Origin: Octopus sinensis
Taxonomy: Eukaryota
Direction of reading: 5' to 3'
Assembly (NCBI RefSeq): GCF_006345805.1
Contig: NC_043011.1
Coordinates: 47,566,464 to 47,630,463, forward strand
Length of the DNA stretch: 64,000 nt
The notes below the pieces were generated by a model. That model ran no database searches. It saw only the letters and a program-made list of their open reading frames with translations, and had not been told where the DNA came from. The position numbers were made by a program, and so were the translations under genes. Within the stretch, counting starts at the first letter, position 1; the number at the start of each line of letters is the position of its first letter. Positions 1 to 13,156 of the stretch are shown piece by piece.

Positions 1-659
1 AACTACTTGGATATGAGTTTGAGTTAATTCTGTCGATGGTGTTGACAATAGGCTGACACTGACTTGATGAAAAATGTTAGTCTTTCCATGCACCACATGA
101 GATCACAAAACCGGCACATAACTCTAGTATCCATCCTGTTACAATGATAAAAGATAATGACTCCAGCGGAGAGAGTAGAAGTTTGTCATAGAACTTTTCT
201 CAGAAAAATTTACTTCTTATTAGTTCTCTGCAAACAAAACAGCTGTGGTTCACTGTATTGAACTTAAAGGTACAAAAACCAAAAAACACGAATTTATACC
301 AGCTTTAGTAACACATCAGATATACATGAAATTTGTTTTCCTTCTGTGTTACCTTAATTATTATTAATTTACTTATAATTGAATGTGTTGTATTATAGAA
401 GCCCTAGAACCATAAACTTAATATCTTGCAGTATTTTGCTACATTCCTTTTCATTTGGAGTTCAGTTCTCACTGGGGTTCATCTTGTCTCTGTTCCTCTG
501 GTGTCAATAAAATAAAGTAGCTGTCGAGTACTAAAGTCACTTTAATTACCTAGAACTCATACCCAAAATTTCTAATGTGGTGCCTAAAGTGCAATCCATT
601 ATTATCAATAATGGATTGCACTTATTATTAGTAATGGATTGTGAGGAAGCACAATCAGT

Positions 660-842
660 AGAACAATGGGCCCAATGGCTTGTAGCACTTAATTTCATAT
701 CTCCATGTTTTGAGAGTTCAAATCCAGCATTTGGTACTTTGGGAGTTGATTAATTAAGGTACCAGTCAAGTACTGGGATCGATGTAATTGACTAAACTAC
801 CCCTACAAAAGTTCAGGCCTTGTGCCAAGATTAAAAACAATT
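660..842 (+). mobile_element. tRNA-derived SINE, family B (tail ...ggccttgtgccaaaatttgaaacc-(att)n), decayed
   Basis: gagttcaaat B-box, gtaccagt..tactggg..gatgtaattgac body and ggccttgtgccaag tail match other copies at 1159, 18560, 53305, 58835 and 61505. Confidence 0.7.
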
Positions 843-1015
843 CTTATTATCAATATCCTTATTATCATTATTATTATTATTATTATCATTATAATCATTA
901 TTATTATTATTATTATCATTATTATCATCATTATTATTATCATTATTATCATCATCATTATTATTATCATCATCATTATTATTATTATCATTATTATCCT
1001 CATTATTATTATTAC

Positions 1016-1066
<51 letters not shown>

Positions 1067-1105
1067 CATCATCATTATCATTATTATTATCATCATTATT
1101 ATTAC

Positions 1106-1158
<53 letters not shown>
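843..1158. repeat. (TAT/CAT)n trinucleotide microsatellite
   Basis: About 315 bp of tat/cat triplets directly after a SINE tail; explains the poly-Y, poly-I and poly-H ORFs at 788-1220. Confidence 0.95.
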
Positions 1159-1160
<2 letters not shown>

Positions 1161-1370
1161 CTGCTCAAAATGCTTAGTGGCATTTATTCTGTTTTAAACT
1201 TTGAGTTCAAATTCTGCTGATGTCGACTTTGCCTTTCATCCTTCCAGGGTCGGTAAAATAAGTACCAGTGGAGAACTGGGGTCGATGTAATCGACTTACA
1301 CCCTCTCCCAAAATCGTTGGCCTCATGCCAAAACCTAAAACCATTATTATAGTTGTTATTATTAAAACAA
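1159..1370 (+). mobile_element. SINE family B copy
   Basis: aaatgcttagtggcattt...gagttcaaattctgc...gtcgactttgcctttcatcc...gtaccagt...tggggtcgatgtaatcgactta...ctccccaaaat...gccaaaacct. Confidence 0.85.
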
Positions 1371-1709
1371 TGGTAGTGAAAGGGCAGTAGAGCATAAAAT
1401 TTAAACATCTATTGTTACTTAGCTCACTCTCAATATATCATAAATTCTAACCTCCTCACAGTACCTCTATTTCCCATACACTGGGTTGATTAGTGGCTTT
1501 TTCACTAATCTATAAAAATCATAGTCAACATTAGTTGTCTTGGTAACAGAGTGACAGAAATATTTATATACAGGTCTAAAAGATTTACATAACTATGTTT
1601 TACCTATTCTGAGTTTAAATCCCACAAGGGTAAACTCTGAGGATCCTCTCTTTGGGATTGGTACATATATCAAGTGTATGTTGAGTATGAATTCAAATGA
1701 ATATATTGT

Positions 1710-2185
1710 TTAACTCTTTAACTTTCAGATTTCTCTGTCAAATATAATGCTTATTTATTCACATTGATATGAATTTGTCATGTGTCACCTTGTAGCTTCG
1801 AGATTTCAATGATGTGATTGTTTAATTTTAGAATAATATTTATTTCTTTATTGCCCACAGGTGACTAAACATGGAGGGGACAAACAAGGACAGTCAAAGG
1901 GATTAAGTCAATTACATCGACCCCAGTGCATAACTGGTGTTTATTTAATCCACCCCGAAAGGATGAAAGGCAAAGTTGACCTTGGTGGAATTTGAACTTG
2001 GACCATAACAACAGACGAAATACTGCTGAGCATTTCATCCAGTGTTTTAACGATTCTGCCAGCTCGCTTCCCTATTTTTAGAATAATATTGTAGGGTAAG
2101 TGTGAGAAGCCAGATCTGGTCAATTCAAAGATAAAACAGGTAGAATTTTTTGGCTGGATAGCCGGTTCAAATGCTAAAGGGTTAA
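1710..2185. mobile_element. piggyBac-type MITE (TTAA ends) interrupted by a SINE
   Basis: Begins ttaactctttaac and ends gctaaagggttaa; the interior recurs at about 32790-32960. Confidence 0.65.
1842..2075 (-). mobile_element. SINE family A (tail ...gccccttgtgggcaataaagaaata) inserted in the MITE
   Basis: Near full-length copy flanked by a 14-bp TSD ttttagaataatat at 1828-1841 and 2076-2089. Confidence 0.9.
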
Positions 2186-5041
2186 TCTTAAATGTGTGGC
2201 TTTATGGAAATGAAACACAACGGCAGAATGACAGAAAAATGTCTTGTAATATTTAGTCATGGAATTTTGAGGTCAGGGTTCAAATTCTGTCACTGTGAAC
2301 TTTGCTTTTCATCTTTCTTGGTACTGATGAAATAAATTATCACAACTCTTGGGTAGGGGTGGGGGTAGGGCAATATAATTCACTGTAACTTCCTTCCATC
2401 ATCAAAAACATGAATTTGTACCAATTTTAAAAATCACTGTAACATGTAAAGAAGTCTAAGCACCTGGAAGTCTCTAGTTCTGGTGAGCTAAGTTCAAATT
2501 CTCTTGGATTTTCATAATTAACTTTGTTATCTCTGGCATAACCCTGCTATTCCTCTCTCTGGAGTTGTTATTTAACCCAAAGACGGCCTTCATGAAATAT
2601 GCCTAGGGTTAAGTATTATTGTATATTAAGACTTCATTGTCCAATGGGCTCTTTTTTTATCGACAGAAGATTTGGCTGTTATTTTTAACAGTTCAACCAC
2701 AGATACACATCGTATACAAGATGTAATACAAGTATATTATACATTATACCTCTAAATATTTTGAGATCCTCTACAACTGCAAAGAGAAGTAATTAATGTT
2801 AATGGCATATGCTGGATATTCTAATAGTTTTAAAATATACATTTTCTGTTCATCTGGTTATAATTTTATTTAATGGGACATTTTGAAAAATGATGAACAG
2901 AAGGACAGTTAGAATCGCATTGGCTGAAAGCTCTCTAATGACGCATATCAATGTAAAATGTGATACATATTAGAGAAAAATATACACAGTCGCAAAAACA
3001 CAAACACAAACATACAGAAAGTGGATCAGAAAAACGAGACTGGAAAGAATAAACCGGAAAGAAAAAAAAACTGTTGGAAGTTTATCTCTGTTTACACATT
3101 AGCTCTCAAATGAAACATGATGTTGAAGAAAAAAATTCTCTTGCTTAACTGAGAAACTTAATATACAAGATAGAAAAATTGCTTGTAAAACATATAACAT
3201 AAAAATACATTTAAACTGCAGACTAAAAAAGAAAAATATACACAAATTCATTTTAACATTTCTCATAAAAAAAAAAGATAATAATGAAATATATAGAAGA
3301 AACCCTTCTTAATTTCTTCGAATTTGCTTTATTAATTCACTCAATTATTCAGATATAGATTTTTTTAAGTATTTGAAAATTAATTGCAAAGTTTGAAAAC
3401 TATTCTGCTCAGGTTTTGATTTCAATAACATAATTACAAACAAACTTATAATCTCACGTGTTGCTTTGTGTGGGTTGATGGTTAGTTGTTACATAAAACG
3501 CACGTGGGAGTTGGATTGCATTGCATTTCTTTCTTATACATAAATATACATATCTATCATCTTTGAGTGCATGGGACTTGCAGTCTCCTTACAATCTCCC
3601 CTGACAACTAACTGTTAGACTGGCATAGAAAGTGATCAGCTGATGTATATAAGCACAAGTTCTAGATCTTCCCAAGACCATCACTGTGGGTTCTTTCCCA
3701 TTTTTTTTATTTTGTTTTTTATAATACCCACAAAGAACCCTGATTTTCTGGTGACAATGAAGGTGAGATTTGAATTCAAAGAACACCAAGCTGAAACAAC
3801 AAGGCAACTTCCTGGTGCCTTACCATTCCACTGATCTACAGCACGCTACACTTTTTTGCAACTTTTTGAAAGGAAGAACGATGAAGGTAAACTATGAAAG
3901 GAGGGACTACTGAGGACCAAAACAAATCTAGCAATGCATTCTGGTCTATACAGTAATGGAACAATGAATTCACTACCATACTACACACACAGAAACACAT
4001 ATGTCCATACATACACACACCACACACACACACACACATACATACATACATATCTCTAACTATATAGAAAAACATTTAGAGTTTAAAGTTGTAGGTAAAA
4101 AAATCACTCAATATTTATGACAAACTTTGTTGAGTTTGACAAAATTAAGGCTACTTTTTCTCACCATGAAAAGTTTCCTTTTTCTTTTTTTTAGCTTTTC
4201 ATTGCTACTTTTCACCTGCCTGAATAAGAATCTGACACTAGCTAACAAATGAGGGTAATTTTACTTTCAAAAATTATGTTACGATTCTATGTCTGCCACT
4301 TTGTCATATATATTTCATAAATGTATTTTGTGTATATACATACATACATATATATGTGTGTATATATATATATACATTTACATATACATATATATTTGTG
4401 TGTGAGTGCAGATATATGTATATGTGTATGTCTATGTGTTCATAATAAATATATATATAACTGCACACACACACAGAAATATGTGTGTCTATATATATAT
4501 GTATGTGTTCATAATACATTATATATATATATATATAGCTATCTATCTGCATCTAACAACTTCCCAACCTACCAATCTATCTATCTATTCACATACACAC
4601 ACACATATATATACATATATAGATACACTTATATATATATATATATACATACACACATATATATATAATCATGGTTTTAACATCCACTATGCCATGCTTG
4701 CATGCGTTAGATATAAGTAATTGATACTGATTTTCTATCCCCTTCCTTTTGCTATCCTTCACTTGTTTCTAACGAAAGTAATATTTCTCCGGGATTAGGC
4801 ATGTTTTCTTAGATAATTCGGAACAAAACCACTTGTATGGTTGTGACACTTGTTTACGACTATCATGAAATGCCAAAGCAAGGAGACAATAACACACATA
4901 CATACATACACACAAACTAAGAGATACAGGTACCTACCTATCTATCCATCCATCCATCCATCCATCAATCAATCTGTGTGTGTGTGTGGGTGGGTGTACA
5001 TGTGTTTATGTGTGTTTGTGTCTGTGTACATGTGTAGATGC

Positions 5042-5089
<48 letters not shown>

Positions 5090-5499
5090 TGTGTGTGTGT
5101 TTATCAATTCATTTTGCAAGATTCCTGATGTGAAATAGAGTGTTGCAACAGATGTTTTTTTTTTACCAAATAAACACACATATTATATATATATTTTTTT
5201 TCTTCTCTCATTTATGACTCTTCTTATTTTATTATTTTAACCTATGTCCATTGTCCAGAAATCTTTTTTGTCACACATCTGTGACCTCTTCAGGGACACT
5301 TTTCGTTTTTGTGTGTGTTCTTGCTCCACTTACTCCATTCTGTTCTAAGATGTGTATATATATATATAAAGAGGGAGAGAGATATGCACAGTGAGAGATT
5401 TCATCTACAAAATCAGCATACACAAATTTAGACTAACTGGAGCAATAGAAAACACTTGCTGAAGGTGTCACAGCAGAATTGAACCCCAAACCATGCAGT

Positions 5500-5610
5500 T
5501 TGGATGCCAAATCAGATTGGAAGTTGGTGCAGTTCTCCAGCTTAACAGTTTCAGTCAAGCCGTCTAACTCATGCCAGCATGGAAAGCAGATGCCAAATGA
5601 TGATGATGAT
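5500..5610 (+). mobile_element. RTE LINE 3' UTR tail fragment
   Basis: ...catgccagcatggaaagcagatgccaaatgatgatgatgat; same tail as follows the RTE ORF at 55628-56338. Confidence 0.7.
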
Positions 5611-5720
5611 ATAAATATGTATACAATGATATGAACTCTGATATTTATATAAATATATATTACATAAATATATATTACATACATATATATTACATATATA
5701 TATATATATGCACAGATGTA

Positions 5721-5760
<40 letters not shown>

Positions 5761-6104
5761 CACACACACGCACACATGCATTCATCTTCATAACCATAAG
5801 GTTGAGTATATGAACACTGTGCCAATGAGTGTCACACTGAGCCCTAACAAAAGGTGGTTCATTCCATGCGGCTTCTGTCAACTCAGGTAGAATTGTGTTT
5901 CAGCTTTTGCTTCTAAATGTTGCAGCTTTGACCCTTTTCATGAGCAACTATGATGACATTTAGGACAACCATGATTAAATATGCCCTAAAATACTTTGCC
6001 AAAAGTATGGAGCATGTTACCCCATCACATTGGCTTAAAAACTATGCAAATATATATGTGTGTGTGTGTGTAGGTATATAATTACGTGCACATATGTAAT
6101 AAGT

Positions 6105-6430
6105 AAAGATGCCCTTTGGTCATGAATGACCATGGGGATTGCCCCCAGAAAGTTTCCCTCCAAGGCACAAATCCAGGCAAGGTTGTTTGTGGAAGACCAG
6201 GAGTCACCCACGTGCACCAGCCTCCCTTCTCCATCCAGCTGATGTTGTCTAAGGGAAAGGCAAACGTCAATACAGCTTGGCACCAGTGACTTTGCAGCTC
6301 ATTTCTACAGCTGAGTGAACTGGAGCAATGTGAAATAAAGTGTCTTGCTCAAGAACACAACACAGCCCAGTCCAGGAATTGAACTCACTACCTCATGATT
6401 GTGAGCCTGATGCTCTAACCACTGAGCCAT
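6105..6430 (-). mobile_element. tRNA-headed SINE with Meta-like central domain (family D)
   Basis: Minus strand reads tggctcagtggttagagc (A box), gagttcaattcc (B box), then gttcttgagcaagacactttatttcacattgctccag; a second partial copy lies at 51432-51620. Confidence 0.75.
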
Positions 6431-6739
6431 AAGTATATATATATACGTGAGTGTCTGTGGACACATTTATATAAATATATATACACGCATGTATACGGAT
6501 GTCTCTATATATATATATATATATATATGAATGTGTGTTTTTGCCCTAGAATTGTTTGATAAGTCCCTGTATGTTTACATCCTCATAAATTAGTGGTTTG
6601 ACTACAGAGTCTGGTAATATAAGGTCCTGTCTCTAAAAAAATGAATTGCAGGGTTTAATTCATTAAATTAGACCTCCTCAAGACAGTGCCCCAGGATGAT
6701 TGCAGTCTGATTTCTAAAACAAGTAAAAGATATATCTAC

Positions 6740-6769
<30 letters not shown>

Positions 6770-6770
<1 letters not shown>

Positions 6771-7190
6771 TATAGGCACAGGTGTAGCAGTTTGGTAAGA
6801 GGCTTTCTTTCTAACCACAGGATTCCAGGTTCAGTCCCACTTTGTGGAACCTTGTGTAGGTATCTTTTACTACAGCATCGTGCCAACCAAAGCCTTGAGT
6901 GAATTTGGTAGATGGAAACTGAAAGAAGCCCATCACACAAGTGCTAATAAATTATGCATCTATATGTGTGTGTGTGTGTGTGAGTGTTGCCTCCCCATCC
7001 CACTGCTTGACAACCGGAGCTGGTGTGTTTATGTCCCTGTGAATTAGTGGTTGAGCAAAAGTAACCGATTGAATAAGTGACAGGCTTATTCTATAAGTGC
7101 TATGGTCGATTCATTCAACTAAAGATACTTCAAGGCAGTGCCGAAGCATGGCCGCAGTGGAATGACTGAAACAAGTAAAGAACAAAAGGC
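6770..7190 (+). mobile_element. CORE-like SINE (family C, OR2-like)
   Basis: tRNA-like head, accttg..ca/gagt gtcttctactatagc core, internal (TA)(TG) tract, tail ccagcatggccgcagt..aatgactgaaacaagtaaa. Confidence 0.8.
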
Positions 7191-7192
7191 AC

Positions 7193-7254
<62 letters not shown>

Positions 7255-8309
7255 GTATATATATATATATATATATATGTATAAAGTATATATGCATATA
7301 TGTATATGTGTGTATATATATGTATATATATGTGTATATATATGCATGTATATATGTGTATATATATGTATGTGTATATATATGTCTATGTATATATGTA
7401 TGTATATATATGTGTATATATGTATATATATATGTGTGTGTGTGTGTGTATATGTGCATATATATATGTATGTATATAGAGGTGTGTATACATATATATA
7501 TATATGTATTTGTGTGGGTATATATATATATATGTGTGGTTGGCTTCTTTCAGTCATAGTCCACCAAATAGACTGACAATGCTTTGGTTAGTATGGGGCT
7601 ATAGAAAAAGACACCCATGGTGTCATGCGGTGGGACGGAACCTGGAACCATGTGGTTGGAAAGTAAATTCCTTGCCACATATCCATACCCGTACCTGTAA
7701 ATATTCATACTAATATACATACACATATGTCTCTACAGAGATACATTTCTATACATGTGCACACACTCACACACACACGCGCATGCACATATGTATATTT
7801 GTGTATATACATATGAGAGAGATAGACAGATGTAGATATACATACATATATATGCCTATAGATGCATACAGACGTATATAGGCACACACTCATATATGCA
7901 AAGATATACATGCATATACGTATGTGTACAGATGTATATGAATATATGTACAGATATATACAGTTACATATATATACACATACTTAAATGTACATATACA
8001 TATATACATATATCTATATAGTTATATATGTGCATATGCATATATGAATGTATATATAAATGCTGACGATGCATGATATATATATATATATATATTATAT
8101 TCTTCATATAGACATATACACATAGTACACACGCACACACACACGTGCTAATATAGGTATATACATTTATATATATACACACACTGAAATACATATATAC
8201 ATACATGCTTACCTTTATACATATACATTCTTTCAGATGGATGTATATATGTATACACATACACTAAGCTGCACATAAAAAAATACATACATATACACAC
8301 ACATGCACA

Positions 8310-9106
8310 TATATGTAGATATGGCTGTGTGGTAAGAATTTCACTTCTCAACCTCATGGCTTCAAGTTCAATTTTTCTATGTGGCACCTTGGGCAATTAA
8401 TTCTCTTCTATTATAGCTTATCTAAGCCTTGTTATTAAATTTGGTAGATGGAAACTGAATGAAGCCTGTGTGTGTGTGTGAGTGAATGTGTGTGTGTGAG
8501 TGAGACTGTGTATGCTTGTCTTTGTGCTTCTGCCCTCTACTGCTTGGCAACCCTTGTCGGTTTGTTTTTTTCCCTATAACTTAGCAGTTCAGCAAAATTT
8601 AATTTGTTCTGCTAAACTCTTTAGGACAGTGCCCCAGCATGGCCACACTCCTATGACTGAAACAAATAAAAGATACATGCACATACATTCACATGCCTAT
8701 ATAAACATATGCATATTGATTCATACATACATACAATTATATATATGTGTGTGTGTGTGTATAGGCACAGGAGTGCTGTGTGGTAAGTAGCTTATATCCT
8801 AACCACATGGTTCCAGGTTAAGTCCCACTGAGTGGCATCTTGGGCAAGTGTCTTTTACTATAGCCTTGGGCCAGCCAAAGCCTTGTTAGTGAATTTAGTA
8901 GATGGAAACTGAAAGAAGCCTGTCATACATATATATACATATATATATAAGGCATGGCTATGCGGTAAGAAGCTTGCTTCCCAATCACATGGTCCTGGGT
9001 TCAGTCCCACTAGATACCACCATGAGCAAGTGTCTTCTATTATAGCTTGGGCTGATCAAGCTTTGTTGTGGCTTTGGTAGACAGAAACTCAAAAAAGTCT
9101 GTCATA

Positions 9107-9162
<56 letters not shown>

Positions 9163-9176
9163 GTATATATATCACG

Positions 9177-9213
<37 letters not shown>

Positions 9214-9950
9214 GTACGTATGCATATTTATGGGTGTGTGTCTTTGTTCCTCCCCACCATTGCTTGACAACCGATGTTGATTTGTTTATGTCCCCTGTAA
9301 CCTAGCTGTTTGGTTAAACAGACTGATAGAGTAAGTTCTCAGCTTACAAAAAATATATCCTGGGGCTGATTTCTGTGACTAAAACTCTTTAAGGCAGTGC
9401 TCCAGCATGGCCACAGTCAAATGACTGAAACATGTAAAAGTAAAAAAAGTATATATATATATACATATATATATTTACACACACACACACACACACGTAC
9501 ATGTATGTATATACAGACCAACGTATATAAGCAGGATATGTAGGTGCAGGAGTGGCTGTGTGGTAAGTAGCTTGCTAACCAACCACATGGTTCTGGGTTC
9601 AGTCCCACTGCGTGGTACCTTGGGCAAGTGTCTTCTGCTATAGCCCCGGGCCGACCAATGCCTTGTGAGTGGATTTGGTAGACGGAAACTGAAAGAAGCT
9701 CATTGTATATATGTATATATATATATGTGCGTGTATGTTTGTGTGTCTGTGTTTGTCCCCCTAGCATTGCTTGACAACTGATGCTGGTGTGTTTACGTCC
9801 CCGTTACTTAGCGGTTCGGCAAAAGAGACCGATAGAATAAGTACTGGGCTTACAAAAGAATAAGTCCCGTGGTCGAGTTGCTCGATTAAAGGCGGTGCTC
9901 CAGCATGGCCACAGTCAAATGACTGAAACAAGTAAAAGAGTAAGAGAGAG
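8310..9950 (+). mobile_element. Cluster of four same-orientation CORE-like SINE (family C) copies
   Basis: Copies start near 8320, 8765, 8955 and 9545. The 9545-9950 copy is full length: ggagtggctgtgtggtaag...gtaccttgggcaagtgtcttctgctatagc...gactgaaacaagtaaaagag. The accttgggcaagt motif resembles the MIR/CORE domain. Confidence 0.9.
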
Positions 9951-10612
9951 TATATATATACTCAGACTCATTTACATACACTCATACACCTGTATGTATA
10001 CACACAGACAAGCATCTATATTTATTCATGTTAAGAAAATTGAGAATGCCTCTGTTTTCTGTCAATCTTGCTGCCTATAGCGACAAAAATGAGAACGCAT
10101 ATATTGGTCATACCTGTAGTAATTGAATCATACGTTTCACACAGACACTGACAGGTAGACATGTGCATACATCAGTAGACCGGCAGAAATGCATAGTAAA
10201 AATATAGACATCTAGCATTTAGTAATACAGAAAAATAATTAGATAAATAAATAGATAACAATATTGTAATTAATGTGCTTCTATCAGATTAATCAACTCA
10301 AAGAGAACTTTTCTACATTGAAAATACATTAAGCATGCTGAATATCATATTTCTTGCAGTAGTTGAGGAATTTCTTCTCATTCTGAAATACATCATGTAT
10401 ATATATATCATTGATACAAAAATTAAAACACTGAGTGTCTTGTAGCAGATTTGTCTGTCTATTCCTTTTATCATCGTCTTTACATTACACCCTTAAAATA
10501 TAAATAACAGTATATACAAAGTTTAAAACTTTTCTGTATTATATTACAAAGTTTGAACTTTCAAATATAACAATATATACATATGTACACACACACACGC
10601 ACATATATGTAT

Positions 10613-10643
<31 letters not shown>

Positions 10644-11181
10644 GGAGGAAGAGAGTGAGAATCTGCTTGGGTGTAATTTGTAGCAGGATCACTAAGCAAG
10701 TGAGAAACAGATGTAAGGTTCAATTTCTTTTGTAGTTGACTCTGCTTTTCCCTTCTGTCTCATCCCACATATATAGACAGCTTATATATTTCTCTGCATT
10801 ATTCATTCTTAAATGTCTTAACAATTTCTATTACATTTTATTATTTATGCGAAGTAGCGGTGAGTAGTTGGCTACCTGCTTCTCGCAACTGGTTTGATAC
10901 CGAGTTGAACATCATCTAACCTCCACATTGTGGTTTTGGTCCTTCCCTGTGGGGGGGCTTACTTTATAAACCTTCAACATTTCATAGAGATACAAATCCC
11001 ACAGATTGTGGGACATTTTTTATTCCATTTCATATCCATGCTTTCATTTACGTATGCTAACATTTTACTTACACACTAATAATCAAATACACAAGAAAAC
11101 ATGTTCATGTGGGTGTATGTGTCTACATGTATATATAAAATCACACACACATATATATACAAATATATCTGTATACATATG

Positions 11182-11264
<83 letters not shown>

Positions 11265-11642
11265 ATATGTATATATATGTATATATATGTATATATATAA
11301 ATACGTACACACGCACAAACATATTTAGATATTTCTAAATATCTACAAACATACACATACAGACACACACACAACTTTTATATGCTTTCCCAGATGTGTA
11401 CATAAATAAACTTGACCCTGTACTACACGGTCAAAATACCCTTCTTTTCTATCCAATCCTAGTCTTTCTAGGCTCTCAAACCGGTCACATTTCATCCCTA
11501 ATTTCTCCTGCTGCTGGCTTACATCAGTTGCTTTTCTTCTGTCATTACACATATGTCTAACGTAACATAACGTATGCTTTGACCTGCATGCAGTATTATT
11601 AACAGAGAGGCACAGAGACGAATCATAGCAAAACGAACTTAC

Positions 11643-11853
11643 CTTTTTTACAAAAACACACAATAATCCAGTCTAGAAGACAGCATTTGTATTTTAGTTG
11701 AAGTTTCTCAATATATGTGAGATTCGGGTCTATTTCTTGTGTAGTTTCACTTTCTGTAATAGATCCATTTTTTATGGATACAATTGTTCGGGTGGTAGGG
11801 GTGGCTATAGTCAAATTTTTATCTGTATTTACTACCTTCTTAGTATTCTCCAT
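11643..11853 (-). CDS. Candidate first coding exon (70 codons plus 1 nt, phase-1 donor) of a gene running off the left end; N-terminus resembles palmitoylated KChIP/calsenilin-type N-termini
   Basis: MENTKKVVNTDKNLTIATPTTRTIVSIKNGSITESETTQEIDPNLTYIEKLQLKYKCCLLDWIIVCFCKK-G. Non-repetitive composition, Kozak acaatcATGG (A at -3, G at +4), in-frame upstream TGA and consensus donor AAG|GTAAGT at 11643/11642. The product call is inference only. Confidence 0.55.
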
Positions 11854-13117
11854 GATTGTGTTGTTATGACAACGGCAACAACAACAACAACAACTACAAC
11901 AACAACAGCACCACCCTCAAGAAATGAAATGCAAACAAATTAAAGAGGAATTTGATGCTGACAAGAAAGGTGGTGGGTCTGTTTACTTCTTAGCAAACAA
12001 CAGCAACAATCACAATAACAACAACAACAACAACACTGAATGGAATGACAGTAGCAGTAACAAACAAAAATGATTACGAATCCTTTTTTTGCCTTTTTCT
12101 CTTTTTTTTAATGTCGTCTTTCATTTGTTTTTTTTTTCACCCCACTTATTTATTTTTTTTTTTGCTTTCCTTTTAACCAAACTTTCTTTACTATCTTCTT
12201 CGACCTAGGAATTTCAGGATTTATAAATGATGATAATAATAGTAGTAGTAATAATAATAATGATGATTATAATAATAATAATAATAATAATAATAACTAA
12301 TATTAATAATAATAACGAGATGATATTATTGACAAGAAACCCCCCCTGAAGGCGTATAGTATTGTTGCAGATGTATGCGACTGTCGACCAAAGCAACTGG
12401 TCGAAATATCTCAGGTGTGAGTGACATTAGCCAATATATCTTGGGGTTGTTAATATTAGGTATCTCAGGTGGCTGATATTGTCCCCCGTCACATCAGTAG
12501 GTTGTCCAGTTTCCCTTCCTTTTCCTTTTTTTTTTTTTCCTTGCGTTCATGCATCAGGTTTTTTTGTTGATTAATTATTTACTAACCAATACAGAATGAT
12601 TGCTAATTATATATTTCTGCTAATGTATAAGTGTATGTGTATTTATACATGTATACCTATGTATACCTATATATTTATACCTATATATATATATGGCTAT
12701 ACTTTCTTCCCTTCGTTAAAGGTATCACTGGTTTTTACCTTATATTTTGACATCATGCTTGTTTTATATTCTTTTCTAATTTGCTAGCATTTAAAATGTT
12801 TTTTTTTGTTTTTTCATTTTGGTAAGTGTGCGCATGTGTGTGTGTATGTATGTGTGCACGCGTGGTGTGCAAGACTTGTAGTAGTTAAAAATAGAGGTAG
12901 TAGTGGTGGGTTTTCTTCTATTTTTTTTTCCCTTTTTCTTTAGTCAGTTTGTCTCTTCCCTGCACATTCTCACACACATTTCTATGTGTAATTCATCTTC
13001 TTCTATGGATAACTTCATGGAGAGTATTGTTTGGTAGTTTCAATTCAACTGTCATTCACTTTTCTTTTCTTTCCTGTAAGTTTTACTTATACATGTGTAC
13101 ATAAAATTATGAATGTA

Positions 13118-13156
<39 letters not shown>

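Noticed and set aside
788-1220. Poly-Tyr, poly-Ile and poly-His ORFs
   Set aside because: Translations of a (TAT/CAT)n microsatellite; stop-free only because of the repeat.
2750-2776. 27-nt phase-1/phase-1 micro-exon candidate (VVEDLKIFR)
   Set aside because: Good acceptor but weak donor (gtataa), adjacent to repeat-derived sequence, and it does not match the KChIP EDELE..RHRPE core.
3824-3891. Minus-strand candidate exon FTFIVLPFKKLQKSVACCRSVE-W (cag/tag acceptor, gtaagg donor)
   Set aside because: It starts in phase 0, which is incompatible with direct splicing from the phase-1 exon at 11643. No recognisable homology; the resemblance to the Cav N-terminal ..VEW boundary is off by one codon.
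11343-11663. 106-aa ORF overlapping the exon-1 donor
   Set aside because: It lies in the predicted intron in a different frame. Splicing a 58-nt intron into this region gives an early stop.
11832-11853. ENTKKV match to myosin II GKTENTKKVI
   Set aside because: No upstream P-loop and an in-frame stop precedes the ATG; coincidental.
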